Source: Peribolospora baueri
Taxonomy: Eukaryota
Direction of reading: 5' to 3'
Assembly (NCBI GenBank): GCA_029717555.1
Contig: JAMDHS010000012.1
Coordinates: forward strand, 124,001-188,000
Length of the DNA: 64,000 nucleotides
The notes under the pieces are model-generated. The model saw only the letters and a list, made by a program, of their open reading frames with translations, had not been told where the DNA came from and searched no databases. The position numbers were made by a program, and so were the translations under genes. The stretch's first letter is position 1. Each line of letters begins with the position of its first letter. Below are positions 38,697 to 51,590 of this stretch, in pieces.

Positions 38697-40154
38697 ATGG
38701 CGGCCTCGGCTCTCCTCGTCGCCTTGTCCATCGGCATGGTCTTCGCCAACGTCGTCTCTTTCATCGCCATCGGCATCGTCGCCAGACTTCTCTACGAATT
38801 CGCACAGGCCATCTCTTTTCTCTCGGGCTTGGTGGACTACAGCTATAAACCGACCCCCATCTTAGCGACCTCGTCGGTGCTACTTGTCGCCGCCGTTTTC
38901 ACCGTCGTCGAGGCCGTACTCTGGGCCTGGTCCGCGCGCGGTGGCAGTGCCGCCGTCGCCAACGGCACCCGCCTCAAGGGATTGCGGTCGCCCAAGAAGC
39001 ATGCAGCGATTCTCTTTTGTCTCACTATCCTCTGGCTAGTCGGAGTTCTCGGCACGACCGTCGTGGCGGTCGTCAGGTCGTGAGTGACCCAGAATGGGAG
39101 AGTGACATGGCACGATAGCGTGTCCGCCAGATCGATGGTCGGAATGGAGGTCTTATCTCGTTGACTCGATATTCTTTTCCTGCGCGCCTCCTTATGATTC
39201 GGTCAGGCCGGCCCAAGACACGGCTAGCAACGGCGGGAGCGTGAACGGTATAGGCGGGTATATCTCCACCGATTATGTGACCATGTTCGACTACACGGAA
39301 GTTCCTATCACGACGGTGACGAGTCTGGACCGCTTCACCGACATGACCTTCACCAATACTCTAACCGAGTACACCATGTCCCGAACTGCATATTCGACCG
39401 ATACATTCTTGTGGACCTATTATGGAAATTATGGAGGCATAATCGGGGCCGCCATTCGAACCGCCGACAACAGCAAGGTCACCAGCGCTGCTCCAACGTC
39501 CACGCTTGCTCCTCGCGTTCCGGCCAGCCAGCCCACTCCTGCTCCTCGTGTCCTAGTTCGAAAGCACGAAGAGAGGAAGAGGATACGGGAGGCCAGACTT
39601 TCCCAGGAACAAGCGATGCAACGGGAAGCCAAGCTTGCCCAGGAAAGGGCGATCCACGATAAGCATCATCAGCGGGCGCTCAGGCGACGGGCTCCGGCCA
39701 AGATCGAAGCCAGGCATGTCGGCTTCACTTACCTCGCCGATCCCATTGTTCTAGCTACTGTCATCATCGGTGAGTCACCTATGCGCAAGATGGCAGTCAC
39801 GTCGCGTCTATTCCAACTCGTGTGCGCATCCAGATGATATCTGACCTTCAGCGTTTTCTTCTTACTTTCCATTCCTGACCTGCTCCACTAGGTTGGATAG
39901 GGTTTGCCCTTGTAGCCAGCCTGGCACTGCCGCACATGATTTTCTCATTAATGGCGCCCAGTGACAATTCCGCCGCTCCCTCAGCGCCCTATCTCGCCGC
40001 GCAACAGTTTGCAGCGCCCTATATGGTCGCACAACAGTCTGGAGCGCCCTATATGGTCGCGCAACAGTCTGGAGCGCCCTCTATGGTCGCACAACAGTCT
40101 GGAGCGCCCTATATGGTCGCGCAACAGTCTGGAGCGCCCTATATGGCCGCGTAA
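38697..40154 (+). CDS. Hypothetical four-TM membrane protein with a C-terminal 10-aa repeat tail
   Basis: Approximate exons 38697-39077, 39207-39770 and 39892-40154. There are three hydrophobic segments, a Thr-rich loop, a fourth TM, then APYMVAQQSG repeats. Confidence 0.6.
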
Positions 40155-40158
40155 CAGC
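39983..40158 (+). repeat. 30-bp coding tandem repeat, about 5.8 copies
   Basis: Consensus AGCGCCCTATATGGTCGCRCAACAGTCTGG, with units starting at 39983, 40013, 40043, 40073, 40103 and 40133. Confidence 0.95.
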
Positions 40159-41742
40159 CTGCTGCTTTGTCTGGATATCCCGCTAATGCAGGCCATCTAG
40201 CTAACGCCAATGCCAGTTGATATGAGCTGGTTGGACGATGCAGCACGCTGGCGCGAGTCATTTCCAGTCACAAGTGCTGAACAGGATTAATCTGACCTAT
40301 ATCCAGCTGTATTGAGCAGCACGTAGTCCTTTCGGTCCCTTCCCTTCATCCACTTCTGTCCCTTCTCTTCCAAAGCGCCTGTCTTGCCTCCCGCGCTTGT
40401 CCACTGTCCCTTCCTATCCCTTTTTTGACAAGGATCATTCTCGGCCCATCTTCGATACCATCCATCTCGTTTGCAATGTGCGATCCTACATTCTCTACAA
40501 CGTCCCAAGTCCATCTCTCTCGCTTCCCTGTCTCTTCGCTTTGGAGTCGAAGGCTTTCCTCTCCAAACGCGCGCCGGTAACACCCTCTCGTTCTACCGTT
40601 CTACACTATATCTGCGCTTCTTCGTATCTTATTTGGAGTGCATTGGTTCGTCTGGAATAGAAATTGGCTGGCACTTGTCGGCGGAGGAGATGGGTGCTCG
40701 AGACGGAACTTCGAGTCAGCGGCGAGACGCGGAAGCAGTTGGCACGAGGCGATCAGGTACGCTGCAAAGTTAAAAAGAAACTTTTGAATGGCGCCCACTG
40801 AGTGAGTGGTTCACGTGAATACAGCGCCATGCGCCCGTCCTCCACATGACTTCTGTGCCGTGGCTAACTCTCTACAAACGCTGCGGTGACTTCTAGAAGG
40901 AGCCAGGGGTGGTTCGGAATGGCGCCTAACTGACATACCAACTGAGAAACTGATATGCGACGCGACGTCGATGACCGCGTCCGATTGACGGCCAGGGCTG
41001 TTTGCGCGAGAGAGCCGCATGTTGAGCAAGCAGGTGGACGTAATCGTCGCCGGAATGGAGGTGTCATACCCGGAGACGTCGTCTTGGGCAAGATGAAAAA
41101 TTAGGTTGCCGTGAGAATGCGGGAGGACAAAGCAGAGGTCTCTTCCACCGCGACTCCGCTCCCTTCACTGAACCTCCTCCCTCCGTCCCTCGTTCTTGCG
41201 CTTCAAGAACGCTGTCCCCTTCTCATCCACAATTTCAGAGGCGACAAGACTGTGCGACATTTCCTCCCATCGTACTTTGCTCATGCGCACACGTTCCCGT
41301 CGAACGGGCGGTGGGTCGGGTGCGACGAGAGGGGAATGACGTTCTTGCGCCTCAAGGTGGCCACTAGTCGTGGAACTCGTCCGACATGCCCATCGCCACT
41401 CCCTTCCTCCTCCAGCAGCAGCTTTGCAGTCTCTACCCTCTTCAGTATGTCATTTATCTACTCGTCGTCCGCGGAGCTCTTCATATCATATTTCGACACT
41501 ATACTTCCTGTCCCCGTCGGGTGAGTGAGAAAGGAAGAAGGTGCCTGCCTTCCTTGTGTCGGTTCGGTGGTCAATAGCGTGTAAATGAAGAGACGACGCG
41601 TCGCTTTCTCTCCGCAGCCCTAAATGAACCCCCTCTTCTGTGTGCAAGGGGGATAGAAAAGGAAAGAGAAGGCCTGAAGCGTCGCAGCGATTGTTTCTGC
41701 GTCTTCCACCCAGCACGACCTCTACACTACATCCCCATCACG

Positions 41743-44140
41743 ATGACCTACGTGGACATTAAAGTTGCCGTGGAAGGAGACGCCACATCCTGGACGTTCA
41801 CCCTGCCTCGCAATACCAGAGTGAGCCAGGTGTATCGCATTCTCGAGCGCGAGTTGGGCAAGGTGAGCGCACGCGTGTACCGGAAAATAAAAGCGCCGAT
41901 GGCGGCAGGGTGGGAGACGGGAGGTGTGGATGGGTGGGGCGGGCGAGAAACGAACCTACACAGATCGTTGACACAGACTTTCTTGGTCGTTTCTGCTCAC
42001 CATTTTCGTACCGGTTAGGCATGTGTCCTGTACTGGAACGGACGGCCTGTAGGGACAGAGGAGACCGCTGATACGGTGAGATCTCTTCACCTTCAAAGCT
42101 TACCCCGTCTTCCACCATCATCTGATTTGTCCCTTTTTATCCTCTCTGTACTGACAGCTCGGGCTGCTGCCTGCAGTCACCTTTACGGCAAAGGTAAATG
42201 TCGAAAAGGGGGAGAATGCGACTCGCGTAGTCGGTTCCCATACCTTGTCGTTCAACTCCGTGGAGCCACACTTCGAGGGCATTTTGCTCGAAGAAGAGGA
42301 AGGAAGCGTTCAGCGGACCACAGAGACGGACAGATGCGGGGACAGCATGGTCCTCAATTCGGAAAAGGAAGACGTCTCCGAGCTTTCACTATCCCCTTCT
42401 CAGACGAGCGAGAGGGAGAAGAGGAAACGCAAGTCTCTAGACGCTCTTTCGTCATCCCCACCACCTTCTACGAAGAGGTACTTGCCCGACTTGGCCGCTC
42501 CCACAGCTGCCTTGCGTGCCGAAATCCCAAGGACACTCTCGTCGAGCCCTTCGGCTCGTAAATGCGCGCATATAGTCTACTTCTCTTCTCCATCGACGCC
42601 GGCAGGAGCAAGGACCGCATTGGGCGTGGGAACGAGCGCGCACGAAGCCAAAGAAGACAACATCAAGCAAGTGCTCTTGCAACACGTTAATACGGACGCC
42701 CAGTTCCGCATGGATATCCTAAAGGAGCTCCGCAACGATATTCTCGATGAGGTCAAAATGGCCGTGAGGAGGGAAATACGCGAGTCACGCCCCTTGACAG
42801 CGTCCATAGTACCCGTCGCGCCGATGGACGAAGTACATTCGGCCTCTTTTGCGGAGCGGGGCGCCGTCAACTCGCCTGCGTATATTTCCGCTGGTCCTGA
42901 CAACACCGGAGAGGAGAGCTGCGACTTGCACACAATCCTGAGCACCAGTGCGAGCGAGACACTGCCAGTGGGAGAGCGACCAAAGAACCATAATTTCAAG
43001 GCAGTGGAGATGACCCTCGAGATGAAGCGCGCGGCGGACGCTGTCGGTTGGATTTACGACAAGGTCAATGCGCTTCATGAGGCCTTTCGAACGGACACAG
43101 AGGCGCTTGTCAAGGCTTTGAACACGGTGAAGCATATGTCAGCTGCGAACGTGGATGAGGAAAACGGGAGAGAGCAGTTGCTGAGACGGCTGGACGACAT
43201 GGAAGGGAGTTGGAAGAAAGTGAACGACGTGATTCCTGAGCTCCAAGGTAAGCTCTCCAACCTGGAGATGGTCCGCAGGGTGGATAAGCATATGCTCGAG
43301 AAGTTGTTTACGGAGATGGACAGAAAGCTCTCCGGGCTGGCGGTCGTGTTTGGTGCACGCCTGAACACGCTCAGCTCGGCGCTCGTCTCGGAGCTGGAGG
43401 CTGGGATGGCGTCTGTGAACGGATTAGTCACTGAATTGAAAGACACGATGAATAAGGTGGACATCAACTGTGAGTGTGTCGCCATCCGTGCGTGTCCCTG
43501 AGCTCGAGCAGAATGTGATCGATTCCTTAAACACTTCCGCCGTCTGCCACGGTTCCCATTCGACGCCGCCCCTGCTTCTTCGCCAGCCTCGCTCCAGCGC
43601 GAACATATCGGCCACCGCCTTTCTTTCCTCGAGGTACAAGTTCTCGGGGCGGCTCAGCCTGGTTTTACATCGATCTTTCCGGCTTGCGGAGCATCCGGAC
43701 AACAGGTTGCCCAACCCGCGGCTACTACCGGGGCTCCGGGAGCGCGGCCTGCTAAGGCACCGAGGGGCGCTGTAGCGACTTCCGTCCCAGTCACCCCTGA
43801 AGCTGTTGCTTCCTCTAATCCTGCGAGGGCCTCGTCCGCTGCCTTCTCAGGTCGTCCGCTGGTATCGACATACCCTCAGCATGGTTCTGTGGGCGTGAAC
43901 CCGACGTTTTCGATGACGACGGGCGGCATCCGCAAAGTCTCCGCACCCCCTTGCGCTCTCGCTCGCAATGGTGTCACCCCGCCCACGCCGAGCAGGTCTC
44001 AAGAGAAAGACAGCACGGCCGTCGAAACGTTTAGCGCTACGGGAGAACCGGCTCTGGCCGGAAGTGGTGATGTCAGCAATGTTGAGTTCTGGAATGCCTC
44101 GTATGTAGAGAAGTATCGAAGGGCGAAGAGGACTAGTTAG
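41743..44140 (+). CDS. Hypothetical protein with an N-terminal ubiquitin/SUMO-like domain and a central coiled coil, multi-exon
   Basis: Short exons give MTYVDIKVAVEGDATSWTFTLPRNTRVSQVYRILERELGK|ACVLYWNGRPVGTEETADT|LGL, a beta-grasp-like pattern. They are followed by the 418-aa ORF 42245-43501 with heptad-rich segments. The 3' end is approximate. Confidence 0.55.
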
Positions 44141-44897
44141 ATCAGCTAGAGGTGAACGAGGGCGGCGAGAATGGGAAGGTGGGAGGGTGGAGCAATGGAG
44201 ATTTCCGTCGTTGTACTGTATGTAATCCGTGCCGGTCCTGGCGACTGGCTTGTATTGGTGTTTGTCCCTAACGCACGGTTCGTCGGACTCGTGTGTGTGT
44301 GTGCTGAGGTGAGAAGGCCCGTGCGCGATCGGATCGGGTTTCCGCTGAAAATAGTCGTTGTCGTTGCTTGGCCGCTTTTGCCGTCGTGTGACTCGGTGGA
44401 TGAGGGGCGGGGAAGCGCATGCAAACCCACAAACCGACGGTGACGGTATGTATATGAAATCCACCATGGATGCACACATCCGGATACCGATACCGAGCAG
44501 CTGGGCTTTCCAAGACGCTGCACAGATAGACGTTGAAGCACACGCATGATGGAATTGACTTTGCACACACCTGAACATTGAGGGACGATTAAGAGGTATA
44601 TTCACTTGTAAAGGAGCGCGGGGGCAAAGAGGAAATATCAAAGCGAACAAAAGAGAGGAGGAAAGGGCTTGAAGAGAGAAAAGGAAAACGTGGGAAAATG
44701 GGAGGGCTAGGATTACGATGCGACGGGGAGCGAGCGAGCAGAGTAAAGCGAGGAGGGAGGAGTGGAGGAGGAGGGAAGTAAGCGAAGGGAGGGGGCGGTA
44801 GGATACGATGATCGGTCGAGTTCGATGAGCGAAAGAAACCGAAGGAAACAACAAGACACACACACACATACGGGCCTGTCATCGCCCAGCACCTAGC

Positions 44898-46335
44898 CTA
44901 GCGCCTCCTCTCCCACTCGTCCACGGCCAAACACCACCCCAAATGCGCCGCGCACGCTTCCACCTGCGTCTCCAGCTGTCGTCGGCTGGCGGGCCGAGGC
45001 AGGGTGTCGGACAAGAGGAGGTGAAGGTGGGCCGAGATGCGGAAGTGAGGGCCGGAACCGATGCCGTTGGCGTTGCAATCGGTGCGAGATGGGGTGGGGA
45101 CGGAGGTGGAAAAGGTGGTGGAGATGGGTGTTGGAGGAGGGCTGGGTGGCAGCCAGGTCGGCGGAGGGGGTCCCGCCTGCGGCCTTGGCGAACCGACGAC
45201 GCGACCTCGGTCGGTGCCCATGAGCAAGAACCATTGGACGAGCGCGTCTAGATCTGCGTTCGTCCTGGCGATGTGCGTCTCCACGGCTTGCGAGTTCGAA
45301 GCGGATTCTTTTCGAGGAGCGGAAGGACGGGTCAGCGTCGTCGTTGAACATGGCGACAAACGCCTTTCGTCGTCGTTGTCGTCGTCGTCATCGTCGTCGT
45401 CGTCGTCGTCGTCAGGGCTATCAGGCGCTCCGACAAGCCTAGCAAGCCGTCGCCGAGCCGGGACGAGGATGACCATAAAAGCGTGCAAAAAGGTTTCTAT
45501 GCTGAGCCGAGGGATTTCCTGGCCAGATCGGGGTGCGGCTGCGCCCGGGCGGCGGCGGCCAATGATGGCACCCGGAGCTGGAGCCGGCCCCGGCGGAGTG
45601 GATGGAATGGGCGGGTTGACGATTGTATCTGTACCCATTCGCAGCACCCGGTCGTGATCGTCCACGGCGAGATGGGCAGGCTTGTCCGTTGTCTCCTCGT
45701 CGACGAGCGTCATCATCGACAACGACTCCATGAGGGCGCCGTCGTCGTCGAACCCCTCTTTGTCGTTCTCTCCGCTCTTGCCAGCGGCGCCCGACTGCTG
45801 CTCAGCTGCCAAGTTGTTGCTCCCCACGAGCCGGGCGAGTCGCACGTATTCGAGCCCGTCGATGACCAAGCCGGCCCTTGTCTCGTCCATCGGAGCATGA
45901 CGAGAGGCGTCGACGTCATCGGGCAGGCAAGTGGAAAGAGGAGAAGGAACAGGGTTGGAAAGGGAGACGAGTTGGATGAGTACGTCGACGAGCTCCGAGG
46001 CTGCCTCGCCTGGGTTGGAGGAGACATCGACGGGGTGAGAGAGTAGACGGAGGCGAGCGGAGGTGACGGCGGCGAGGGCGGAGGAACGGCCGGCGTTGTC
46101 GGGCTCGGTGTCGGTGTCGACGGCGGGATCGTCTTCGGCGGCGCGACAGGCGTCGATGAGGAGTCGTCGGACGAGTCGGTTCGTGTCTACGACATGCTTG
46201 CTCGCCTCAGAGGGGCGGCGGCGGGCGTAGGTGGAGGAGAGGAAGGAGCGGGAGGCAAACAAAAGGGTGCGGATGGAGCGGAGGTGAGGCAAAAGGACTT
46301 TGTCGAGGGCGCCGCCGGCAGACGACGTCGGTGTG

Positions 46336-46388
<53 letters not shown>

Positions 46389-46481
46389 GGCCATGGCTCG
46401 CTTGCTGGTGTTGTGTTTGGTGGGACACATCCGAGCCCAGCGAACGCAGGAGAGGATGGAGAAATCAACGGGGACGGGCAT
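44898..46481 (-). CDS. Hypothetical protein with (PT)n and poly-Asp tracts
   Basis: 527-aa uninterrupted ORF with helical-looking segments (LDKVLLPHLRSIRTLLFASRSFLS; LDALVQWFLLMG). The true start may be the MAAPTP ATG near 46394. The (GTCGGT)n repeat lies at about 46328-46384. Confidence 0.55.
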
Positions 46482-47867
46482 GACGTGGGCCGGGGCAGGG
46501 TTGGGAGACCATCGCGGGTGAGGAGAGTGAGGAAGAGAGATGTCCTATTAAGTGCACAGGCGATGCGAGCGGTGAGATGGGCTAGGGAAGAGAAGGGGTT
46601 AGGAGAAAAAAGAAGGAATGGCGGAGGATGAAAAGAGGAGGAGAGGAACGAGGACGTGAAGTGCATCACCATCGTCATCACCATCATCATCGTCGTCGCC
46701 GATAAAGAGCAGCACGTTTGTCCGTCTCTCTCTCTCTCTTGCCAGACAGGACAGTGAGCGAGCGATTTAGCAGCAGTGCGTCCGGGCAACAGTCAGCAGT
46801 CCAACCGTCGGTCAGCCCGTCATTTCTCGTCCTCCATCCATCTGTACCGCTCTTTCCCTCCCTATCGAAGGAGACGGCCTCGAGGCACCGCCGCGCAGGA
46901 CGAGGTGGGACGCAGGGGTGTTGGAAAAGAAGACAAGGCAGGGTGAAGGGAGGCGAGGGGGCGAGGGCGGTGGGAGGTCGAGGCGCAACGTGCCTGTGAG
47001 AGGACGAGGAAAAGGAAGAAGTCAGGATGGAGGAGTTGTGTCGATTGCCGGTCCGACCTCGCCTCCATCCATCCATCCATCCAACCCTAAGAAGTCTTCC
47101 TTCATCCCTCGCATCTCCTCCACGCTCTCCCACTCACTCCGCCTCGCCTCGTGCAAGCCGGCAACAGTCAGTCGACGACCATCACCCCCGTCTGCCTGCC
47201 GCTCCCTTTTCTTTCTCCCGCCCCTCCCCACCGCGTACCACCGCTGTGTCCCGGCTGGCCGGGCGGAGATCAGGCTGTGGCTACCATAGATACGTTCTTG
47301 GAGACGGACGGGCCCATCTACGCATGGCGATCCGACTGGCCATCGAGAGCGAGACCAACGATCGAACGAAGCGAGCCGAGTCGAGTCCGAGCACAAGTCC
47401 GCGTTCTCCCACGCAGCGCCGCTGCTATCAACTGAACGACCGTCGGTAATACCTCGTTTCTCATCTCCCCCGCCTCTCCCGAGCTCCCGCGCATCTCCGA
47501 GCTTCCGCAGTCCCGACGATCACGTGCCGTTCGAGACGGAGGCGTACCACCCTCCTTGCCTGGCCGGAGGTGGTACGTGCGTAACGGGTGGGCATCATTT
47601 CTGAACGCGTCGCTGTCGTTGCCACGTAGCAGACACACCTTCTATCCGTCAACCTCTTCTTCTTCCCTCCTCCATCTCCCTTCGTTTTCCTTTTTGTCTT
47701 CTTCGCCCTCCCCCTTCTCAACTGCATCTTGGCCTTCCGTCCTCCCCTCCCCTGTCTGCCGGATCAGACCTCGCCTCGCGGCCCCCACGCCACACCGCCG
47801 TGTCCGCCACTGCTCCCGTATTCTCTCTTCCTCCTCGTTCCCTTTACACCGACTTTGGCTCCTCGTC

Positions 47868-50683
47868 ATGCACCGCGTCCTTGCCCGAGCGCACAGGCCA
47901 ACAGCCCAGGCCGACGTCCTCTCCTCGCGCCCGGCACAGCGACGCGGACGGCGACGACGCCTGCCGCTCGTCGTCCTCCCTGTCATTCTCGCCGCCTTCG
48001 CCGCCCTCCTCCTCTCCTACATCCCCCCACCCACCCAAGCCACAGCAGGCAAAGGGCCAGGCCAGCCCGCCTTTCCCGCCACGCCCCTTGACCCCATTAC
48101 GAGCGCCTCCAAGCGCACCGCCTTCATTCAAGACGTCCTTGACAAGGAGCCCGGACAGAACATTTGCAGCGTGCGTCCGCCTAGGCCCGCGGTTCGCGCC
48201 CTCGCCCCCTTCCTAGATGGTCATCATCCGTAGCTAACCATGTTCATTCCTATCCTCATCCATCAATCCATCTGTCCGTTTCCAGCCCACCGGCCAGATC
48301 CAAGACGCCTGCTGCGATTTTGAGACAGTTGAGCAGCTCAACACGAAGCTTTTCGGACAGCTGTCCGACCTCGTGCAGTCGAGATATTTCCGATACTACA
48401 AGGTGACTGCCCGTGCCGTATTTCCTTCCTCTCCCATCTTGTTCTCCACTTGCTTACACTCCAACTCCCTCAGGTCGATCTCTTCCGCGACTGTCCCTTC
48501 TGGGTCGAAAACGGCTTGTGCATGAACCGCGCCTGTGGCGTCGAGACAGCCGACGAGTCCGAGGTCCCCGAGATGTGGAGGGGCGAGGCGCTCAGCGGCG
48601 TCAAGACGGCCTCCGAGGAGGAGGTGCGTGTCGGCGTCACGTTCGGTGGGCGCAAACCCCTAGGATAGCTCTCGTGCTCATCCCTTACATCATTCTCTTA
48701 AAAGGTCTTCGGAGGTCGTTCCCCCGTGTGTCACTACAAGGATCAAGATTTTTGCGAGATTGAAGACGAGTCCAACCAAGGTGAGCTAGCCGGCGATCGT
48801 CGCCTCGCTCTGGCCATCGGCCGGCTTTTTCGGCTGATACCCTTTTCCCCTTCTCGTTTGCCCGTGGCGGCGCAGAGAGCGTTTACGTCGACCTGATCGC
48901 CAACCCGGAGCGCTTCACAGGCTACGCCGGCGCTTCGGCGAATCGAGTGTGGAAGTCGATCTACGAGGAGAACTGCTTCGGCGCCGTCCCCTTCCTCGCC
49001 CCCGCTCGTTCCTCGGACTCGGGTGGATCCGGATTCATAGACCGACGACTCCTCTCCAACGCAGGCGCCGGCGCCGGCGCTAAAACCTCTTCTGAATCCG
49101 GAAAAGCGGACTTGGGAAGCTCGTTAGCCCCCGGCGCTGGCGGGTTGCACAGCTTGTTGGCGAGCTTGGAGGCGCCGAGGGACACGCAGGACGAGGAGGT
49201 CTGTCTAGAGAAGAGGGTGTACTACCGGATCATCTCTGGTGAGCCTCGGTTTTAGCCCGACGATGTCGAAGATACAACCCCGTCTCTGAACTACGATTCG
49301 TTTCTGCTTCTAGGCTTGCACGCTTCCATCTCCATCCATATCTGCCACGAGTACCTCAACCAAACCACCGGCGAATGGGTGAGCGTCCCGATACGTCTCC
49401 GTATCCCCTCACCAAACCCATCTTTTCTCATGCCTCTCATTTCTTCATTACTCTTCCCCCGCTTAGACGCCCAATCTGGAATGCTTCCTCACTCGCATAG
49501 CCGAGCACCCAGAACGCCTCGAGAACGTCTACTTCAACTACGGTCTTCTCGTGCGCGCCCTGGCGCGTGCCGGAGAGTACATCGAGCACTTTGACCTCAA
49601 GGCCGGAGATGAGATTCAGGACCGGGAGACGAAAGAAAAGCTAGAGGCGATCGTGGCGACGGCTAAGGATTGTCCGACGACGTTTGATGAGAAGAGCATG
49701 TTTGTTGGCGAGAACGCTTCGGTGAGCCGGCTGGACGACCGAACTTTTTCTTTTTTGTTATCTCGGTTTTTCTGACGCCGCCCCGCCCTGCCCCGCCCCG
49801 GTCATAGATACTCAAGGAGCAATTCAAGACACATTTCCGAAACGTCTCCACCATCATGGATTGCGTCGGCTGCGACAAGTGTAGGCTCTGGGGAAAGCTT
49901 CAGGTCAGCGGCTTGGGAACGGCACTCAAGATTTTGTTCAGCTATGAGGAGGCTGAGTTTGAGTGAGTGACGGCCGGTTATTCGTCTCGTTCCGCCCGTA
50001 TTCGTCTCATCACCTTGCCACCCTGCTGCAGTCCGAAAGTAAACCCGACGCTGCTGCAGCGCTCCGAGCTCGTGGCGCTCATCAACACACTCCACCGCTT
50101 TTCCGAGTCCCTCCACGCCGTAGATGCCTTCCGACACCTCTACCAGGACGCCCTCGCCGAGATTGAGGCGGCGGAGAGGGCCGAGCAGGCGGCGGCGGCG
50201 GAGGAGAAAAGGCTCGCAGGTTCGGACTCGTCGTTGGGCGGTGCGAACGTGTCGAATGCGCAAGGACGGCTGGCTCGAGCGGTGGCCGCTGACGACCAAG
50301 GATGCGGAGACGACGCGGCGGACGGTGACGGGAAGGAGGGGAGCGATCGGCGGGTGCGACGACGGTGCGCGTGCAACGCCACCTCCACCCTCTCCTCCAG
50401 GCTCTCCTTGCTTCTTCACCTTGGCGGCGGCAACGAAAACCACGGACCGCTCTCCCTCCTCGAGCACTACTCGCCCTTCTCCCTCCTCTCTTCCCTCCTC
50501 GACGCCTGCTCCTTCTCTTCCCTCGACGCCTGCATGCGCAAAGGCGCGCAACGCGGCGCAGAGATTTGGCAGGCCCTCCTCGATCGCACGCGCACGCGCA
50601 CGCGCTCGGCGAGCGGCCGGGATGGAGGAGCGTGGACGGGATCGACGGTGAGGACACCGAGGAGGGGCGAGGGCGAGCTGTAG
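47868..50683 (+). CDS. ERO1: Endoplasmic reticulum oxidoreductin 1, multi-exon
   Basis: Signal anchor, [77 protein letters not shown], the active-site [16 protein letters not shown] and [20 protein letters not shown]. The protein ends GEGEL. Confidence 0.96.
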
Positions 50684-50789
50684 GCCTCTGAGGTGTGAAC
50701 GCGAGGAGGAGGAATCGTCCCTTTTCACCGTTTTCTACTTTTATTTATTTATCGGATCGGTCTTTGTTCATCCGCTAACGTAGTCACGC

Positions 50790-51590
50790 ACGTAATGAAT
50801 CTGATAGAGAGGGAGAGCTGCGGCATTCACGTGCTCTATCCAGACTTTCGTCTTACGTTCGTGCAGCGTCTCAGCGGAGTTCTTGAACCGGATGAAAATC
50901 TCAGTCTGCGACTTCAGCGCCATGAAAGCGAGTGTCGTATATTCTCATCCTTCTCAACCTCCTTCTCCCTCTTCTCGTCCGTCACGGAGCTGAACTGTCG
51001 GTCCGGCTGAGGTGTGACAACTGACGTCCTGATTTTAGACGCGACCGGTGTCGACGTCTTGAACCCCCGATCGTTGCTAGGTTGTTCGACCGTCGGTTGC
51101 GGCGTACCTTGCACATCGGGAGGAGGCTGGGAGATCGACGGATGGAAAGGCGGCCATGGCAAGTAAACTTGCTATTGGAGGCGGCTGACCTTGCGTGGTC
51201 TGGGGCCAAGGCATTGGAGCCTGTTGACCTTGTACAAGTTGAGGCCAAAACGCAGGAGGCATCGCATAAGAGTGCGGCCCTCCAGGCACTCCTGGCACAT
51301 TCGCAGGCCACTGAAACGTCCACATAGGCAGCTGCTGAGGCTGCTGTGGCGTGAGGCCTTGACGCTGTTCGGTGGTTTCCTGCTTCGGACGTTCCTCTGA
51401 GCCGACGTCGGCGCCTTCATTGCCTCGTGCGTGCGAGACTTCTTCCAGGACCCTATGAGGCGAGCTGTCTTCGACCGCAATGGACACGAAAGCTTCGGGT
51501 AATTTGTCGTCGTGCTCGTTCTTAGGGGTCGTTGGATGCGTTTGGTCGTCGAATACGTCGCTCGAGCGTCGCTTCCGGTGGGTCGACATG
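50790..51590 (-). pseudogene. Probable frameshifted gene relic (P/Q-rich protein)
   Basis: Protein-like text continues across three frames: MSTHRKRRSS...PPPIASL, then LPWPPFHPSISQPPP...EKEVEKDE, then EYTTLAFMALKSQTEIFIRFKNSAETLHERKTKVWIEHVNAAALPLYQIHY. Shifts occur near 51163 and 50945 with no consensus introns. Confidence 0.4.

Noticed and set aside
39983..40158. Regular 30-bp repeats resembling a CRISPR array
   Set aside because: The units are contiguous with no unique spacers, in frame within a eukaryotic gene, and no cas genes are present.
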